38,018 nt of DNA from Candidatus Poseidoniia archaeon. GTDB taxonomy: Archaea; Thermoplasmatota; Poseidoniia; MGIII; CG-Epi1. Positions 1 through 10,224 of the stretch are shown here, piece by piece. Under the pieces are notes generated by a model. It did no database searches and was not told where the DNA came from. It saw only the letters and a list, made by a program, of their open reading frames with translations. The position numbers and the translations under genes were made by a program. Location: the NCBI GenBank assembly GCA_029941645.1, contig JAPYSZ010000003.1:1-38018 (forward strand). Reading direction: 5' to 3'. Numbering within the stretch: position 1 is the stretch's first letter; every line of letters starts with the position of its first letter.

Positions 1-470
1 TCAATCGCCATCTTTAATTCTTCACGTGTCACACTTTGAGGATTTTGCCAATTATCATCCAGTCTTCCTCTGTATTCTAATTTTCTATCTTTATTGTATA
101 AAAAAATATCAGGAGTACAAACAGCACTGTATGCTTTTGCTATTTCTTGGGTTTCATCAAAGAGGTAAGGAAAGGGATAATTTTTGTATTTAGCTTTTTC
201 AGCCATTTTTTCAGGTGAATCAGCAGGATAGTTCTCTATATCGTTTGAACTTATTAATACAAAATCGGTTCGTCCTTTGTAGTCATTTCCCAAGTTGACT
301 AATCGGTCTTCTACTGCTTTTGCATAGGGGCAATGGTTGCAGGTAAAAATTACAACTAAAGTTTCAGCTTCAAAATAATCTAGTGAAATATTATTTCCGT
401 TTGTATCTGGCAAATTAAAAGATGGTGCATCGGAGCCTAATTTCACCATAGTTGATTCGGTTAATGACAT
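1..470 (-). CDS. Thioredoxin-fold redoxin (AhpC/TSA-like thiol-disulfide oxidoreductase); its 3' end runs off the left edge
   Basis: Own translation of the minus strand from ATG (470-468): MSLTESTMVKLGSDAPSFNLPDTNGNNISLDYFEAETLVVIFTCNHCPYAKAVEDRL...DIFLYNKDRKLEYRGRLDD. The frame stays open to position 1. The CxxC (CNHC) directly after a VVIFT strand is the thioredoxin-fold active-site layout. Absent from the ORF track because it is truncated. Confidence 0.7.
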   Translation of the reverse strand, partial: MSLTESTMVKLGSDAPSFNLPDTNGNNISLDYFEAETLVVIFTCNHCPYAKAVEDRLVNLGNDYKGRTDFVLISSNDIENYPADSPEKMAEKAKYKNYPFPYLFDETQEIAKAYSAVCTPDIFLYNKDRKLEYRGRLDDNWQNPQSVTREELKMAI

Positions 471-532
471 AGGGTAGGAACTATAGCGTCTATTAAGAGC
501 ATTTCTTTTAAACCGTTCTAAATAGGACAATA

Positions 533-1924
533 ATGAATATTTCTCAGGATATATTTAGAGCCTATGATATTCGCGGAGTTTATGGCGAAGAACTTGATGC
601 TAATATAGGTAAAAGAGTAGGTTTGGCATTTGGTAATTTCTTGGCAAAGAATAACGACAAAGGTACTGTCTCAATAGGTTGTGATGCTCGTGTAAGTTCA
701 CCTGAATTACAGGAAGCAGTAGCCGCTGGACTTTCTAAGGCTGGTTTTGATGTTGATGTAATTGGAATGGTACCAATACCAGTTGCAAATTTCACCACAT
801 GGAAGGCTAATTCGACATCAAATCCTTACTTGGCAGGGGTTTACATTACAGCAAGCCATAACCCTGCCGAATACAATGGTATTCGCTTCAGACATCCTGA
901 CGGGACAGGATATACTGAAGGAAATCTTGAGATTAAAAGAATTTTCTTTGAAGATGAATTAATAGAATCAAATATCTCTGGAAAAATCAATGAACTTTCT
1001 ACAGATGAGATTTTAGACACGTATGTCAAATTTGTTTCTGATAAAGTCGGTAGCATTGAAGGGATACGCGTAGCACTTGATCCCGGTAATGGTGTAGGTT
1101 GTGTTATTATTGAGAGACTTTTTCAAGAGTTTGGAGCAAAAACTCATAGCATAAATAATGAACCAGATGGTACTTTTCCTAATCGACCTTCAGAACCAGC
1201 TCCAAAGAATCTGAGTGATCTTATTTCTTTAATGGAGAAAGGTGATTATGATCTCGGAATAGCCTTTGATGGAGATGCCGATCGTTGTGTTTTCATAGAT
1301 AATCGAGCTCGGGCGGTTTCAGCGGAGAAAATAGGTATAATTACTTCTAAAAGTTTGATAAAACCAGATTCAAACAAAGTTCTAGCTGGAGTTCCATGTT
1401 CAATGATTCTGGAGGATGAGATTCCTAAGATTGGTGGTGAGTTGATTTGGATTAGAGTTGGAGATGTTTTTGTTTGTGAAGAATTAAAGAAACACAATGC
1501 AGCTATTGCAATGGAGATTTCAGCCCATTTCTTTGCTCCTGGTTTGACTGAATTTATATTTGATGATCCTCTTATTTTCAGTTTGAAATTAGCCGAACAA
1601 GTTTCTAAATCAGGTTTGACCTTGGCAGATTTATCAGATGAAATCCCCTCCTATCCTTATGAAGAATTGAAGTTTAAATGTCTTGATTCTATAAAATTTA
1701 AGGTTAATGAACAATTGGAGAAGACATTCTTAGATATGGGATACAAAGTCGAAACTATTGATGGGGTGAAAATATGGTTAGATGATGGCTGGGTTTTACT
1801 CAGGCCTTCTAACACACAACCAGTCATCCGAATGTTTGTAGAGGCAAAAAATAAACCAAGATTAGAAGCTATTAAGGATGAATTCAAAGCTCATTTTGAT
1901 GAGGCTGTGAGGTCTGTTTCTTGA
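533..1924 (+). CDS. Phosphohexomutase family (phosphoglucosamine / phosphomanno / phosphoglucomutase)
   Basis: 463 aa. N-terminal FRAYDIRG, active-site serine loop TASHNPAEYNGI, metal loop FDGDADR, and C-terminal RPSNTQP phosphate-binding loop are the four hallmark motifs of alpha-D-phosphohexomutases. Confidence 0.9.
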   Translation: MNISQDIFRAYDIRGVYGEELDANIGKRVGLAFGNFLAKNNDKGTVSIGCDARVSSPELQEAVAAGLSKAGFDVDVIGMVPIPVANFTTWKANSTSNPYLAGVYITASHNPAEYNGIRFRHPDGTGYTEGNLEIKRIFFEDELIESNISGKINELSTDEILDTYVKFVSDKVGSIEGIRVALDPGNGVGCVIIERLFQEFGAKTHSINNEPDGTFPNRPSEPAPKNLSDLISLMEKGDYDLGIAFDGDADRCVFIDNRARAVSAEKIGIITSKSLIKPDSNKVLAGVPCSMILEDEIPKIGGELIWIRVGDVFVCEELKKHNAAIAMEISAHFFAPGLTEFIFDDPLIFSLKLAEQVSKSGLTLADLSDEIPSYPYEELKFKCLDSIKFKVNEQLEKTFLDMGYKVETIDGVKIWLDDGWVLLRPSNTQPVIRMFVEAKNKPRLEAIKDEFKAHFDEAVRSVS

Positions 1925-2685
1925 TATTACCAGACCCAATAACAATATTTTTCATTACAGTTATTAGTTTGATAATTTCAGGCATTGCATTTTCTAAGAA
2001 AGTTTTGGATCAAGGAGGATCTGCACTAGCTTTTCTTATTTGTTTTATTACAGGTACATTAGGTCATTGGACTTGGTTGCTACTCATGTTGATATTTGTG
2101 GGAGCTTCTTTTTTAGCTACAAAATTTGCTATAGTTTATAAAAAAGCGTTGGGTGTTGAAGAGAGTGATGATGGTACTCGTGGTGGTTCGAATGTTATTT
2201 CTAATGGGATAGTTCCAGCCATTGTGGCTGTATGTTATAGTATGAATTTATTGTCCCCTGAGCAAGCCCTCGTTGCATTTACTACGTCTGTAGCGGCAGC
2301 TACTGCAGATACGATGGCTAGTGAGATAGGTGTACTAGCTCCTGAACCGGTTTTGATTACTAATCCAACAAAACACGTAGAACCTGGAACGAATGGGGGT
2401 ATTTCATTAGAGGGAACAACAGCCTCATTACTTTCTGCAGTCTCGATATCTATGCTTTCTTTTTCTGCTTTTGTTCTAATTATAGAGGAAAATCACGCCT
2501 TTTATTCTTCGTTTGAGGTTAATTTTTTATATATTTCAGCATTTTTTGGGTTTTTGGGTAGTGTTATTGATTCTTTGTTAGGTGCAACACTGGAAAATAG
2601 AGGTATTTTAGGTAATAATGGTGTAAATTTCCTTTCAATATCCTGTGCAGTGATGTTTTCTTTACTCTTTTTGTCACTAAATTGA
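1921..2685 (+). CDS. DUF92/TMEM19-family integral membrane protein (family that includes plant phytyl-phosphate kinase VTE6)
   Basis: 254 aa, multi-TM. The conserved GTRGGSNVISNG motif is typical of the TIGR00297/DUF92 family. TTG start overlaps the upstream TGA by 4 nt (coupled). Confidence 0.65.
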   Translation: MILPDPITIFFITVISLIISGIAFSKKVLDQGGSALAFLICFITGTLGHWTWLLLMLIFVGASFLATKFAIVYKKALGVEESDDGTRGGSNVISNGIVPAIVAVCYSMNLLSPEQALVAFTTSVAAATADTMASEIGVLAPEPVLITNPTKHVEPGTNGGISLEGTTASLLSAVSISMLSFSAFVLIIEENHAFYSSFEVNFLYISAFFGFLGSVIDSLLGATLENRGILGNNGVNFLSISCAVMFSLLFLSLN

Positions 2686-2700
2686 TTATTTTACGGGTAT

Positions 2701-2710
2701 TTTTATATAT
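2701..2710 (+). promoter_or_regulatory. TATA box for the thermosome gene
   Basis: TTTTATATAT ends about 30 nt upstream of ATG 2740, giving a near-leaderless transcript. This argues against the TTG at 2710 used in the ORF track. Confidence 0.45.
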
Positions 2711-2739
2711 TGGCCTCGCAAATATTAATTTGTGATACG

Positions 2740-4380
2740 ATGATTCCAGGTAATGCACCGGTTGTAATCCTTAAGGAAGGAACTAAAAGAGACAGTGGTC
2801 GAAGGGCTACGCAGAATAATATTGCAGCAGCTAAAGCGATAGCTGAAGCCGTTAGATCCACATTGGGTCCTAAGGGAATGGACAAAATGTTAGTAGATTC
2901 CATGGGTGATGTGGTGATAACTAATGATGGTGTTACAATCTTGAAAGAAATTGAGGTTGAACATCCTGCAGCTAAAATGGTGGTTGAAGTAGCTAAGACT
3001 CAGGATTCAGAATGTGGAGACGGTACAACTACTGCAGTAATTCTTGCAGGGGAGCTATTGAAAAATGCCGAGGAGTTGTTAGAAAAAGGAGTTCATCCTA
3101 CTGCAATCTCTAATGGATATCGCAGAGCTTGTGTTGAATCACTAAAGCTTTTGGATAAAATAGCTCGGCCAGTTCGTAGAAGTGATAATGCTACATTGAG
3201 AGCTATAGCAGTAACTTCAATGACTGGTAAATCATCTGAAACAAATGCAGATTTCTTGGCAGATTTAACAGTTAAATCAGTTAAATTAGTTTCTAAGAAC
3301 CAAGGTAAAACTACAGAAGTAGACAGAGATGATATAAAAATTCAAAAAAAGCAAGGAGGTTCTATATCTGATACTGAATTAATTTCAGGAATTATATTGG
3401 ACAAAGAACCCGTTCATAGTGGAATGCCAAAGAATGTGAATAATGCTAAAGTTGCTTTAGTAGACGCACCACTTGAAATCAAAAAAACTGAAATAGAATC
3501 TAAAATTCAAATTAATGATCCTTCTCAAATCCAAGCCTTTTTAGATCAGGAAGAGGCCACAATCAAAAAAATGGTGGATAAAATTCATAAAACCAAAGCA
3601 ACAGTTCTTATTTGTCAAAAAGGTATTGACGATTTAGCACAACATTATTTGGCTAAACATGGAATTATGGCTATTCGCAGATCTAAAAAATCAGATATGG
3701 AAGCCTTAGCCAAAGCTACAGGGGGTCGTATCGTATCTAATTTGGATTCTATAAGTAAAGATGACATCGGTTTTGCAGGTCTTGTACAAGTTAGAAAAAT
3801 TGGGGATGATGATATGACGTTTGTAACAGATTGTAAGAATCCTAAGGCCGTTTCTATCTTAGTAAGAGGTGGCAGTGAGCATGTTATCGATGAAATTGAT
3901 AGAAATTTAGCTGATGCTATTGGTGTTGTATCGCTTGTTATTGAAGATGGTAAGATTGTTACGGGCGGAGGAGCTGCTGAGATTGAATTGGCACTTAAAT
4001 TGAGAAAATTTGCACCCCGAATTGGAGGGAGAGAGCAAATGGCCATCGAATCTTTTGCTCATGCGATTGAAGTTGTTCCAATTACACTGGCAGAAAATGC
4101 AGGCCTTGATGTTATTGATACATTAATGGGTCTTAGAAAGGCTCATACTCAAAAAGGTAGAAATCCACATGCAGGATTAGATGCCTTTACCGGTAAAGTC
4201 GTCAATATGCGATCAAGAAATGTTGTTGAACCACTTAGGGTTAAGACACAGGCATTGAGTAGTGCTACAGATGTAGCAACGATGATTCTGAGGATTGATG
4301 ATATCATAGCTTCAAAACAGCCAGAGGGTCCCGAACCAGATGGTAGTGATGGTATGGGCGGCATGCCACCAGGAATGTAA
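2740..4380 (+). CDS. ths: Thermosome subunit (group II chaperonin)
   Basis: Motifs [18 protein letters not shown], the ATP-site [17 protein letters not shown] and VTGGGAAE, plus a C-terminal GMGGMPPGM tail. The ORF-track start 2710 (TTG) lies inside the TATA box; ATG 2740 ([14 protein letters not shown]) is the likelier start. Confidence 0.95.
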   Translation: MIPGNAPVVILKEGTKRDSGRRATQNNIAAAKAIAEAVRSTLGPKGMDKMLVDSMGDVVITNDGVTILKEIEVEHPAAKMVVEVAKTQDSECGDGTTTAVILAGELLKNAEELLEKGVHPTAISNGYRRACVESLKLLDKIARPVRRSDNATLRAIAVTSMTGKSSETNADFLADLTVKSVKLVSKNQGKTTEVDRDDIKIQKKQGGSISDTELISGIILDKEPVHSGMPKNVNNAKVALVDAPLEIKKTEIESKIQINDPSQIQAFLDQEEATIKKMVDKIHKTKATVLICQKGIDDLAQHYLAKHGIMAIRRSKKSDMEALAKATGGRIVSNLDSISKDDIGFAGLVQVRKIGDDDMTFVTDCKNPKAVSILVRGGSEHVIDEIDRNLADAIGVVSLVIEDGKIVTGGGAAEIELALKLRKFAPRIGGREQMAIESFAHAIEVVPITLAENAGLDVIDTLMGLRKAHTQKGRNPHAGLDAFTGKVVNMRSRNVVEPLRVKTQALSSATDVATMILRIDDIIASKQPEGPEPDGSDGMGGMPPGM

Positions 4381-4382
4381 GT

Positions 4383-7043
4383 TTAATTTCTTGAAGGATC
4401 TGGTGCGTCAGAGTTTATATCTAAATTTTCCATATAGGATTCAGCTTTAGCTTTAGTTAGTTTTCCTTCTGTTAATAGGGAACTTATTGCAGCTGCAGCA
4501 ATATGCTCTGCATCAATTTCAAAGAATTTCCTTAAATTTTCTCTAGTGTCACTTCTACCAAATCCATCCGTTCCTAGTGTAATATATTCCCCAGGAATCC
4601 ATCTTTCAATCATTTTTGGAACTGCTTTGATATGGTCAGTTGTAGCTATTGTAACCATTTCTTCGTTCTTCATTACTTTTGAAATATAGGGTATTTTTGC
4701 TTTTTTTGTTGGATTTAAAAGATTCCAACGCTCACATTCCATAGCATCTCTTTGGAGTCCTCCAAAGCTTGTTGCACTCCATATCTCACAATTTATTCCC
4801 ATTTCGCTTAGTATTTTATCAGCTGAAATTACTTGTTGCATTATAGAACCACTACCAATCAGGCGCACTATTGGTTTTGTTATCTTCTTAAATCTGTAGA
4901 TTCCTTTGATTATCCCTTCTTCGCTATTCTTAGGTATTGGAGGCATGTCATGATTTTCATTATATAATGTCAAATAATAGAATAAATCCTCATTATTCTC
5001 ATACATTCTTCTTAATCCTTCTTTAATAATAATTCCAATTTCATAGGCGAAAGCGGCGTCATATGACACACAATTTGGTACGGTTGTTGCAGTCAATAAA
5101 CTGTGCCCATCTTGATGTTGCAACCCTTCTCCATTTAGAGTGGTTCTGCCTGCCGTTGCCCCTAAAAGGAAACCTCTAGCCCTTGAGTCTGCTGCGCACC
5201 AAATTTGGTCACCTACTCTTTGGAAGCCAAACATTGAATAATATATGTAGAAAGGAATTGTAGGTTTGCCTACAGTAGAATATGCCATTCCCGCAGCAGT
5301 GAAACTGCTCATTGCACCAGCCTCAGAAATACCTTCTTCCAATATTTGCCCACTTTCGGATTCTTTGTAACTTAGTAAAAGCTGAGAGTCTACGGGCGTG
5401 TAGATTTGCCCTTGCGCATTATATATTTTGAATTCAGTGAAGAGAGCTTCCATTCCAAATGTTCGGGCTTCATCAGGAACGATAGGAACAATGAGATCAC
5501 CTATTTTTTCATCTTTCATCAAATTTCTCAATAATCTAACAAAAGCCATTGTGGTTGAAACTACTTGATTCTTTGGAGTTCCCTTATCAAATTCTGTGAA
5601 TACATCATTTTTAGGCATGTGAAACCCACTATAGCTCGCATTCCTTTTAGGGAGGAAACCACCCAATCTTTCTCTTTGATCCTTCAAGTATTTGATTTCT
5701 TCACTATCTGGTGGTGGTTTGTAGTATGGCATGTCTTCTAATTCCGAATCTGTAAATGGTATTTCTAATAAATCTCTAAAATATTCCCAGTCCGATTTGT
5801 CGAGGGATTTTTTCTGATGTGTCATATTACGTGCTTGAAATCCTTTTCCTAGGGCCCATCCTTTGACTGTCTTTGCTAATATTACTGAGGGTTGATTTTC
5901 GTGTTTTGTGGCCTCATTATAGGCTGCAAATAATTTCGTCGAATCATGACCACCTCTTCTTAATTTAGTAAGGGAATTATCATCCATATCTTCTACAAGT
6001 TTTTTCAATTCATGTTCGGGTCCAAAGAATTTTTCTCTTATGTAATCACCAGACGAAGCTGCAAGTGTTTGATAGTCGCCATCCACTGTTTTTTCCATTT
6101 TTCTGAGGAGGTGACCCCTTTCGTCTTTCAGAAGTAGTGGATCCCAATCTCGCCCCCACAAAACTTTGATTACATTCCATCCCGATCCTCTAAAAATCGC
6201 TTCCAATTCTTGAATAATTTTACCATTGCCTCTTACGGGGCCATCCAGTCTTTGCAGGTTACAATTTACAACAAAGGTCAAATTGTCTAATTTTTCCCTG
6301 TGAGCCAAATGTAAGGCGTGTAATGTTTCCGGTTCGTCACACTCCCCATCGCCCAGGAATGCCCATACTCTACTGTTGGATGTATCTGCAATTCCTCTTT
6401 CTTGAAGATATCTTAAGAATCTTGCATGATATATTGCGTTTGTAGGACCTAATCCCATTGATACAGTAGGAAATTCCCAGAACTCAGGCATTAGTCTTGG
6501 ATGTGGATAACTTGATAATCCATCTGTGAAAGCTTCCCTCCTGAAGTGATCAAGGTGTCCTTCGTTTAATCTTCCTTCAAGATATGCTCTTGAATAAATT
6601 CCTGGTGATGCATGGCCTTGATAATAGATGAAGTCACCTATCCCGTTATTTTTACCTTTGAAGAAATGATGAAATCCGACCTCGTATAGACTAGCAGCTG
6701 AGGCGTAAGTGGATATATGTCCTCCTAAACCTTCAAATTTTTTATTAGCTTTGGATACCATCATAGCAGCATTCCATCTAATTATACGTCTTATTTTCTT
6801 TTCGAGTATTTCATCCCCTGGGTATTTAGGTTCTGATTCAGGCGGTATTGTGTTTACGTATGGACTATTCGTCAGAGGTGGAATTGCTATATTTCTATCT
6901 CTTGCCTCTCTTATCAGAGTTTGTAAGAGGTATCTTGCTCTTTCTTCGCCTTTTATATCAATAACAGAGGCTATTGAATCTATCCATTCCTCTGTTTCTT
7001 GAGGGTCCCTATCCGGTAATTGTTGCCTGTATCCTTTTCCCAT
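4383..7043 (-). CDS. aceE: Pyruvate dehydrogenase E1 component, homodimeric bacterial AceE type
   Basis: 886 aa, collinear with E. coli AceE as I recall it: ETEEWIDSI..., YVNTIP, IRWNA, GGHISTYASAA, FLGDGECDEPE (ThDP-Mg motif), NCNLQRLDGPVRGNGKII, IPFYIYYSMFGFQR, TLNGEGLQHQDGHS, GTDGFGRSDTRENLR. Confidence 0.93.
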   Translation of the reverse strand: MGKGYRQQLPDRDPQETEEWIDSIASVIDIKGEERARYLLQTLIREARDRNIAIPPLTNSPYVNTIPPESEPKYPGDEILEKKIRRIIRWNAAMMVSKANKKFEGLGGHISTYASAASLYEVGFHHFFKGKNNGIGDFIYYQGHASPGIYSRAYLEGRLNEGHLDHFRREAFTDGLSSYPHPRLMPEFWEFPTVSMGLGPTNAIYHARFLRYLQERGIADTSNSRVWAFLGDGECDEPETLHALHLAHREKLDNLTFVVNCNLQRLDGPVRGNGKIIQELEAIFRGSGWNVIKVLWGRDWDPLLLKDERGHLLRKMEKTVDGDYQTLAASSGDYIREKFFGPEHELKKLVEDMDDNSLTKLRRGGHDSTKLFAAYNEATKHENQPSVILAKTVKGWALGKGFQARNMTHQKKSLDKSDWEYFRDLLEIPFTDSELEDMPYYKPPPDSEEIKYLKDQRERLGGFLPKRNASYSGFHMPKNDVFTEFDKGTPKNQVVSTTMAFVRLLRNLMKDEKIGDLIVPIVPDEARTFGMEALFTEFKIYNAQGQIYTPVDSQLLLSYKESESGQILEEGISEAGAMSSFTAAGMAYSTVGKPTIPFYIYYSMFGFQRVGDQIWCAADSRARGFLLGATAGRTTLNGEGLQHQDGHSLLTATTVPNCVSYDAAFAYEIGIIIKEGLRRMYENNEDLFYYLTLYNENHDMPPIPKNSEEGIIKGIYRFKKITKPIVRLIGSGSIMQQVISADKILSEMGINCEIWSATSFGGLQRDAMECERWNLLNPTKKAKIPYISKVMKNEEMVTIATTDHIKAVPKMIERWIPGEYITLGTDGFGRSDTRENLRKFFEIDAEHIAAAAISSLLTEGKLTKAKAESYMENLDINSDAPDPSRN

Positions 7044-7086
7044 TGTGTTACCTTTTTTTATCTTATAGTCAATTGTATTTATATTG

Positions 7087-8157
7087 TTAGGATTGGAATA
7101 TATTACTGAGTTTGCGTCCTTTTCTTTTTTGATTTCTCATTTTTTGATTAATATATCCAATTAATAATGGGAAAAAAACAGTTGCCTCGCCCCACACCAT
7201 TATTTCTTCCATTTGTTTGTCATTTTTACCCCATGATATTGCTTCCTTGAGGGTAGATCCAGACAATCCTCCATCTCTTAAATCAGCAGTACTAATCTGG
7301 ATTCCAAATTTGTGTTTTTCTACATCGTATCCAAGCATCTCTGCCATAACTACAGCATCTTGGGTATAGTTCTTAGGGACTCCTCCACCAACAACTATTA
7401 TTCCAGATTCTCCACAGTTACTTTGCATGAATGCGATTTCTTTTAAATCTTTGATCGAATCAATAGTCATTCCATTTCTTTCTTTTTGCTGCATTGCTAA
7501 TCCAATACCTATTGAACAGTCATTAATTGCAGGTATGAAAATGGGAATGTCTTCTTCAAAAGCTGCTTGCATTACACTGTCTCTTATTCCTTTGGCCTGT
7601 GACAACCACCGACCACAAATCTTCATAAATTCTCGGCTTGAATAATTACCTTTTGGAATATTTTCAGATATCTTCTTAAATGTTAAATCAACTTGTCTTA
7701 GTGCAGCTTCATCCAATAAGTGATCATATATTCGGTCAATATACAAACTTTGAAGCTCAGAATCATCTTGAATGGGTTTACAAACGTAATGTTTGTGACC
7801 TAATGCCTCCAACATATCTTGTTCAAATAAAGCGCCTGTACACACTAATGCATCCACATGTTTAGCTCTTATTGAATCAATGGTTATTTGTCTTAGGCCT
7901 GCACTGAATATGCTTCCTGAAAGAGACCAAATTATTGCAGTATCGGTGTGAAGTATCTTATAGTATAATTGTGCGGCTAGTCCTATATTTCTAGCCTCAA
8001 AACTGGATTCTGCAAATGAATCCACTAAGTTAGAAATGTCATTTATATCATTAATCTTTATTTGTTTCACTTCATTAGCCAGGAGTTCTTTTTTCCTTTC
8101 TATTTGTTTTTTGGATAACCTGACCACAGGCATATTTGGGATTTCATATTTTCCCAT
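7087..8157 (-). CDS. dys: Deoxyhypusine synthase
   Basis: 356 aa. Contains the GGGVPKN NAD loop and EAISWGK with the catalytic lysine. Last gene of the S6e-aIF2g-PIN-DHS string. Confidence 0.88.
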   Translation of the reverse strand: MGKYEIPNMPVVRLSKKQIERKKELLANEVKQIKINDINDISNLVDSFAESSFEARNIGLAAQLYYKILHTDTAIIWSLSGSIFSAGLRQITIDSIRAKHVDALVCTGALFEQDMLEALGHKHYVCKPIQDDSELQSLYIDRIYDHLLDEAALRQVDLTFKKISENIPKGNYSSREFMKICGRWLSQAKGIRDSVMQAAFEEDIPIFIPAINDCSIGIGLAMQQKERNGMTIDSIKDLKEIAFMQSNCGESGIIVVGGGVPKNYTQDAVVMAEMLGYDVEKHKFGIQISTADLRDGGLSGSTLKEAISWGKNDKQMEEIMVWGEATVFFPLLIGYINQKMRNQKRKGRKLSNIFQS

Positions 8158-8158
8158 C

Positions 8159-8518
8159 TTAGATTCCCTCAGTTGAGATAAGTTTGTTTTTTTCCCTTAT
8201 TTTCAATGCATTTAATTTCAAAGATTTTAATTCGGATAGCATTTCTTTATCATTGGTTGCTATTAAGTATCCGTTCTTTGCAGCATCTATTAGCATATTA
8301 TCGGTATATCCCTCTCCTATGTCTATAATTTCCAAGGCCTTACACATGTTTAGTGCAGCTCTTGCATCTTTTGATTCTAATTTTTCCAATTCAGTAATTA
8401 CACAACTAGGTATAGCTAAATTCCATCCAGGTGCAGCCTTCGAAATTGCTTCTCTGAAATCAGGTCCACCACTAAATGTCCACAAAATGATATTAGTATC
8501 TGCTAAGACAGTCTTCAT
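8159..8518 (-). CDS. PIN-domain protein (Fcf1/COG1412-like, conserved partner of aIF2-gamma in archaea)
   Basis: 119 aa. Acidic PIN residues sit in LADTN, ITELEK, DNMLID and ATNDKE. There is a 4-nt overlap with the aIF2-gamma stop. Confidence 0.7.
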   Translation of the reverse strand: MKTVLADTNIILWTFSGGPDFREAISKAAPGWNLAIPSCVITELEKLESKDARAALNMCKALEIIDIGEGYTDNMLIDAAKNGYLIATNDKEMLSELKSLKLNALKIREKNKLISTEGI

Positions 8519-9738
8519 TCCTTAATAATTCCATATCCTATTAAGTGCCATTTTCCATCAACTCTTCTACTCAAAGCTATTCTTTGACCAATCGGTGCAC
8601 AAACAGGAATTGTTAAATTAATATCAACGATATTTTTTCTAACGGTAATTGGAATACCTACTGTAGTTCTGGTACCTACAGTTATCATCAGGGGTTCTTT
8701 TGTTTTTAATTCATCCATATCTTGTATATTTTTTGTTCCGACAACCCTGTCCAATAATGTAGCTTCTACACTGAACTTGTTCCAAACTGGTGGTAAAGTA
8801 CCAGGTTTCCCTATAACATTACCCAACAATGAATCTGATTTTGTCATAGCCGGATCTAAACTAGTACCAATTGCAACCAACCCTCCCGGTCCTAATGAAT
8901 CTCTAGCTACACCGCTATGTAGGCTATTGACTTCAGTTTCAATGGTTTCTAATCCCTTTTTGGTTGTCCTTCCAGGTTTTATCTCTATTTTGTCGCCAAC
9001 TTTTATTTTTCCAAGACCAACTGTTCCTCCAAGAACTCCACCTCTCATCTTTTTTGGTTTAGTTCCGGGCTTGTTAATATCAAATGATCGGGCAATCATC
9101 ATTTGAAAATCGCTTTTCAAATCTTTATCAGGAGTTGGAAAAAGTTCTTCTATAGCTTGTATGAGTAAATCAATATTTCTATGGTGGTGTGCTGAAACAG
9201 GTATTATAGGGGAATTTTCCAAAAGAGAGCCTTTTAGGAAATCCTTAATTTCACTGTATGATTCTAAAGATCTTTCTTTTGAGCAAACATCTATTTTACT
9301 CTGTACAATTATAAATTTGTCAAATCCCATTATTTCAAGGGCTGATAGGTGTTCTCTAGTTTGTGGTTGAGGACATTTTTCATTTGCAGCAATAATTAGT
9401 ATTGCAGCATCCATTATTGCAGCTCCGCTGAGCATAATCGCCATCAGTGTTTCGTGACCTGGTGCATCAACAAAACTTACCGTTCTCAGATGTTCTAATT
9501 TTCCGCCCTTAAATTCCTCTTTTCCAGGTTCAGAAGTATAATATTCCTCCCCCCCTTTCATTTTAACATGATAAAAGTCAGCATCAGCATATCCTAATTT
9601 GATGGATATACCTCTTTTCATTTCTTCACTGTGTTGATCGGTCCACTTTCCAGTTAATGCCTGAGTCAACGTTGTCTTTCCATGATCCACGTGCCCCACC
9701 ATTCCGATATTTATCTCGGGTTGTGGAGATGCTGTCAA
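8515..9738 (-). CDS. eif2g: Translation initiation factor aIF2 gamma subunit
   Basis: 407 aa. GTPase motifs GHVDHGKTT, DAPGH and QSKID, followed by EF-Tu-like domains II/III. TTG start one nt after the S6e stop. Confidence 0.93.
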   Translation of the reverse strand: MTASPQPEINIGMVGHVDHGKTTLTQALTGKWTDQHSEEMKRGISIKLGYADADFYHVKMKGGEEYYTSEPGKEEFKGGKLEHLRTVSFVDAPGHETLMAIMLSGAAIMDAAILIIAANEKCPQPQTREHLSALEIMGFDKFIIVQSKIDVCSKERSLESYSEIKDFLKGSLLENSPIIPVSAHHHRNIDLLIQAIEELFPTPDKDLKSDFQMMIARSFDINKPGTKPKKMRGGVLGGTVGLGKIKVGDKIEIKPGRTTKKGLETIETEVNSLHSGVARDSLGPGGLVAIGTSLDPAMTKSDSLLGNVIGKPGTLPPVWNKFSVEATLLDRVVGTKNIQDMDELKTKEPLMITVGTRTTVGIPITVRKNIVDINLTIPVCAPIGQRIALSRRVDGKWHLIGYGIIKE

Positions 9739-9739
9739 C

Positions 9740-10129
9740 TTAAGCCTCCTCTGGTTTTAGTAGCTCCTCTATAGATTTAGGTCCGTAGTCAACAACTTTT
9801 AGATTTACTTGTGAGATATCACTACTGATAGTTCGACCTCTAACTAACTTCCTTTTACGTTGACCGTCCTTTGTTGGGTTAAATCCAACAGAACCTTTCA
9901 TCAGTATTTTTCTTCTTTGGTTTCCATTTAAATCACCACGCATGGGTACACCAGACTTATCAGATCCGCCAGTTATTTTCAATCTGTATCCGGGTAATTC
10001 AACAAAAATCCCGTCTATTTCTTCTCCTACAGACTTACCAACTAATGCATTGGATTTGTTTTCTGAAAGGACTTTTTTGTAGGTCATTTTGCTTTTTGGG
10101 TCTGCTATTACGGTTTTGAACTCAGCCAT
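9740..10129 (-). CDS. rps6e: 30S ribosomal protein S6e
   Basis: 129 aa. ITGGSDKSGVPMRGDL and KGSVGF...RKRKLVRG are the S6e signature regions. Confidence 0.9.
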   Translation of the reverse strand: MAEFKTVIADPKSKMTYKKVLSENKSNALVGKSVGEEIDGIFVELPGYRLKITGGSDKSGVPMRGDLNGNQRRKILMKGSVGFNPTKDGQRKRKLVRGRTISSDISQVNLKVVDYGPKSIEELLKPEEA

Positions 10130-10224
10130 ATCTCACCTTGTGTGAAGTTTGCGTGATAAAAGCTAATATTTAAAGAATATTGTCAAAAGTAACAATTATA
10201 TAGTAGATATGCACGTACACACCA

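Noticed and set aside
2710-2739. TTG start extending the thermosome by 10 residues. Similar upstream starts occur for nuoD (21552), nuoH (22628) and nuoM (28174).
   Set aside because: The TTG lies inside the TATA box. For the nuo genes, ATG codons overlapping the preceding stop (ATGA/TAATG) fit the coupling pattern used throughout the operon.
3645-4046. Antisense or overlapping ORFs in the track that lie wholly inside longer, motif-rich genes. Examples: 580-798, 841-1056, 3645-4046, 6709-7002, 8184-8525, 8777-9106, 11388-11789, 12034-12279, 15227-15538, 17437-17778, 17831-18223, 26134-26319, 27106-27446, 33486-34076 and 36619-37227.
   Set aside because: Each is the shadow of a confidently identified gene on the other strand or frame. 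They have low-complexity Ser/Ile/Phe-rich translations, no motifs, and no independent start context.
10165-10181. AATATT-TAAAG-AATATT repeat in the divergent S6e/DUF373 intergenic region as a regulator site.
   Set aside because: It is very AT-rich and overlaps what are probably just the two TATA boxes of divergent promoters. Such a short self-complementary hexamer is expected by chance in this composition.
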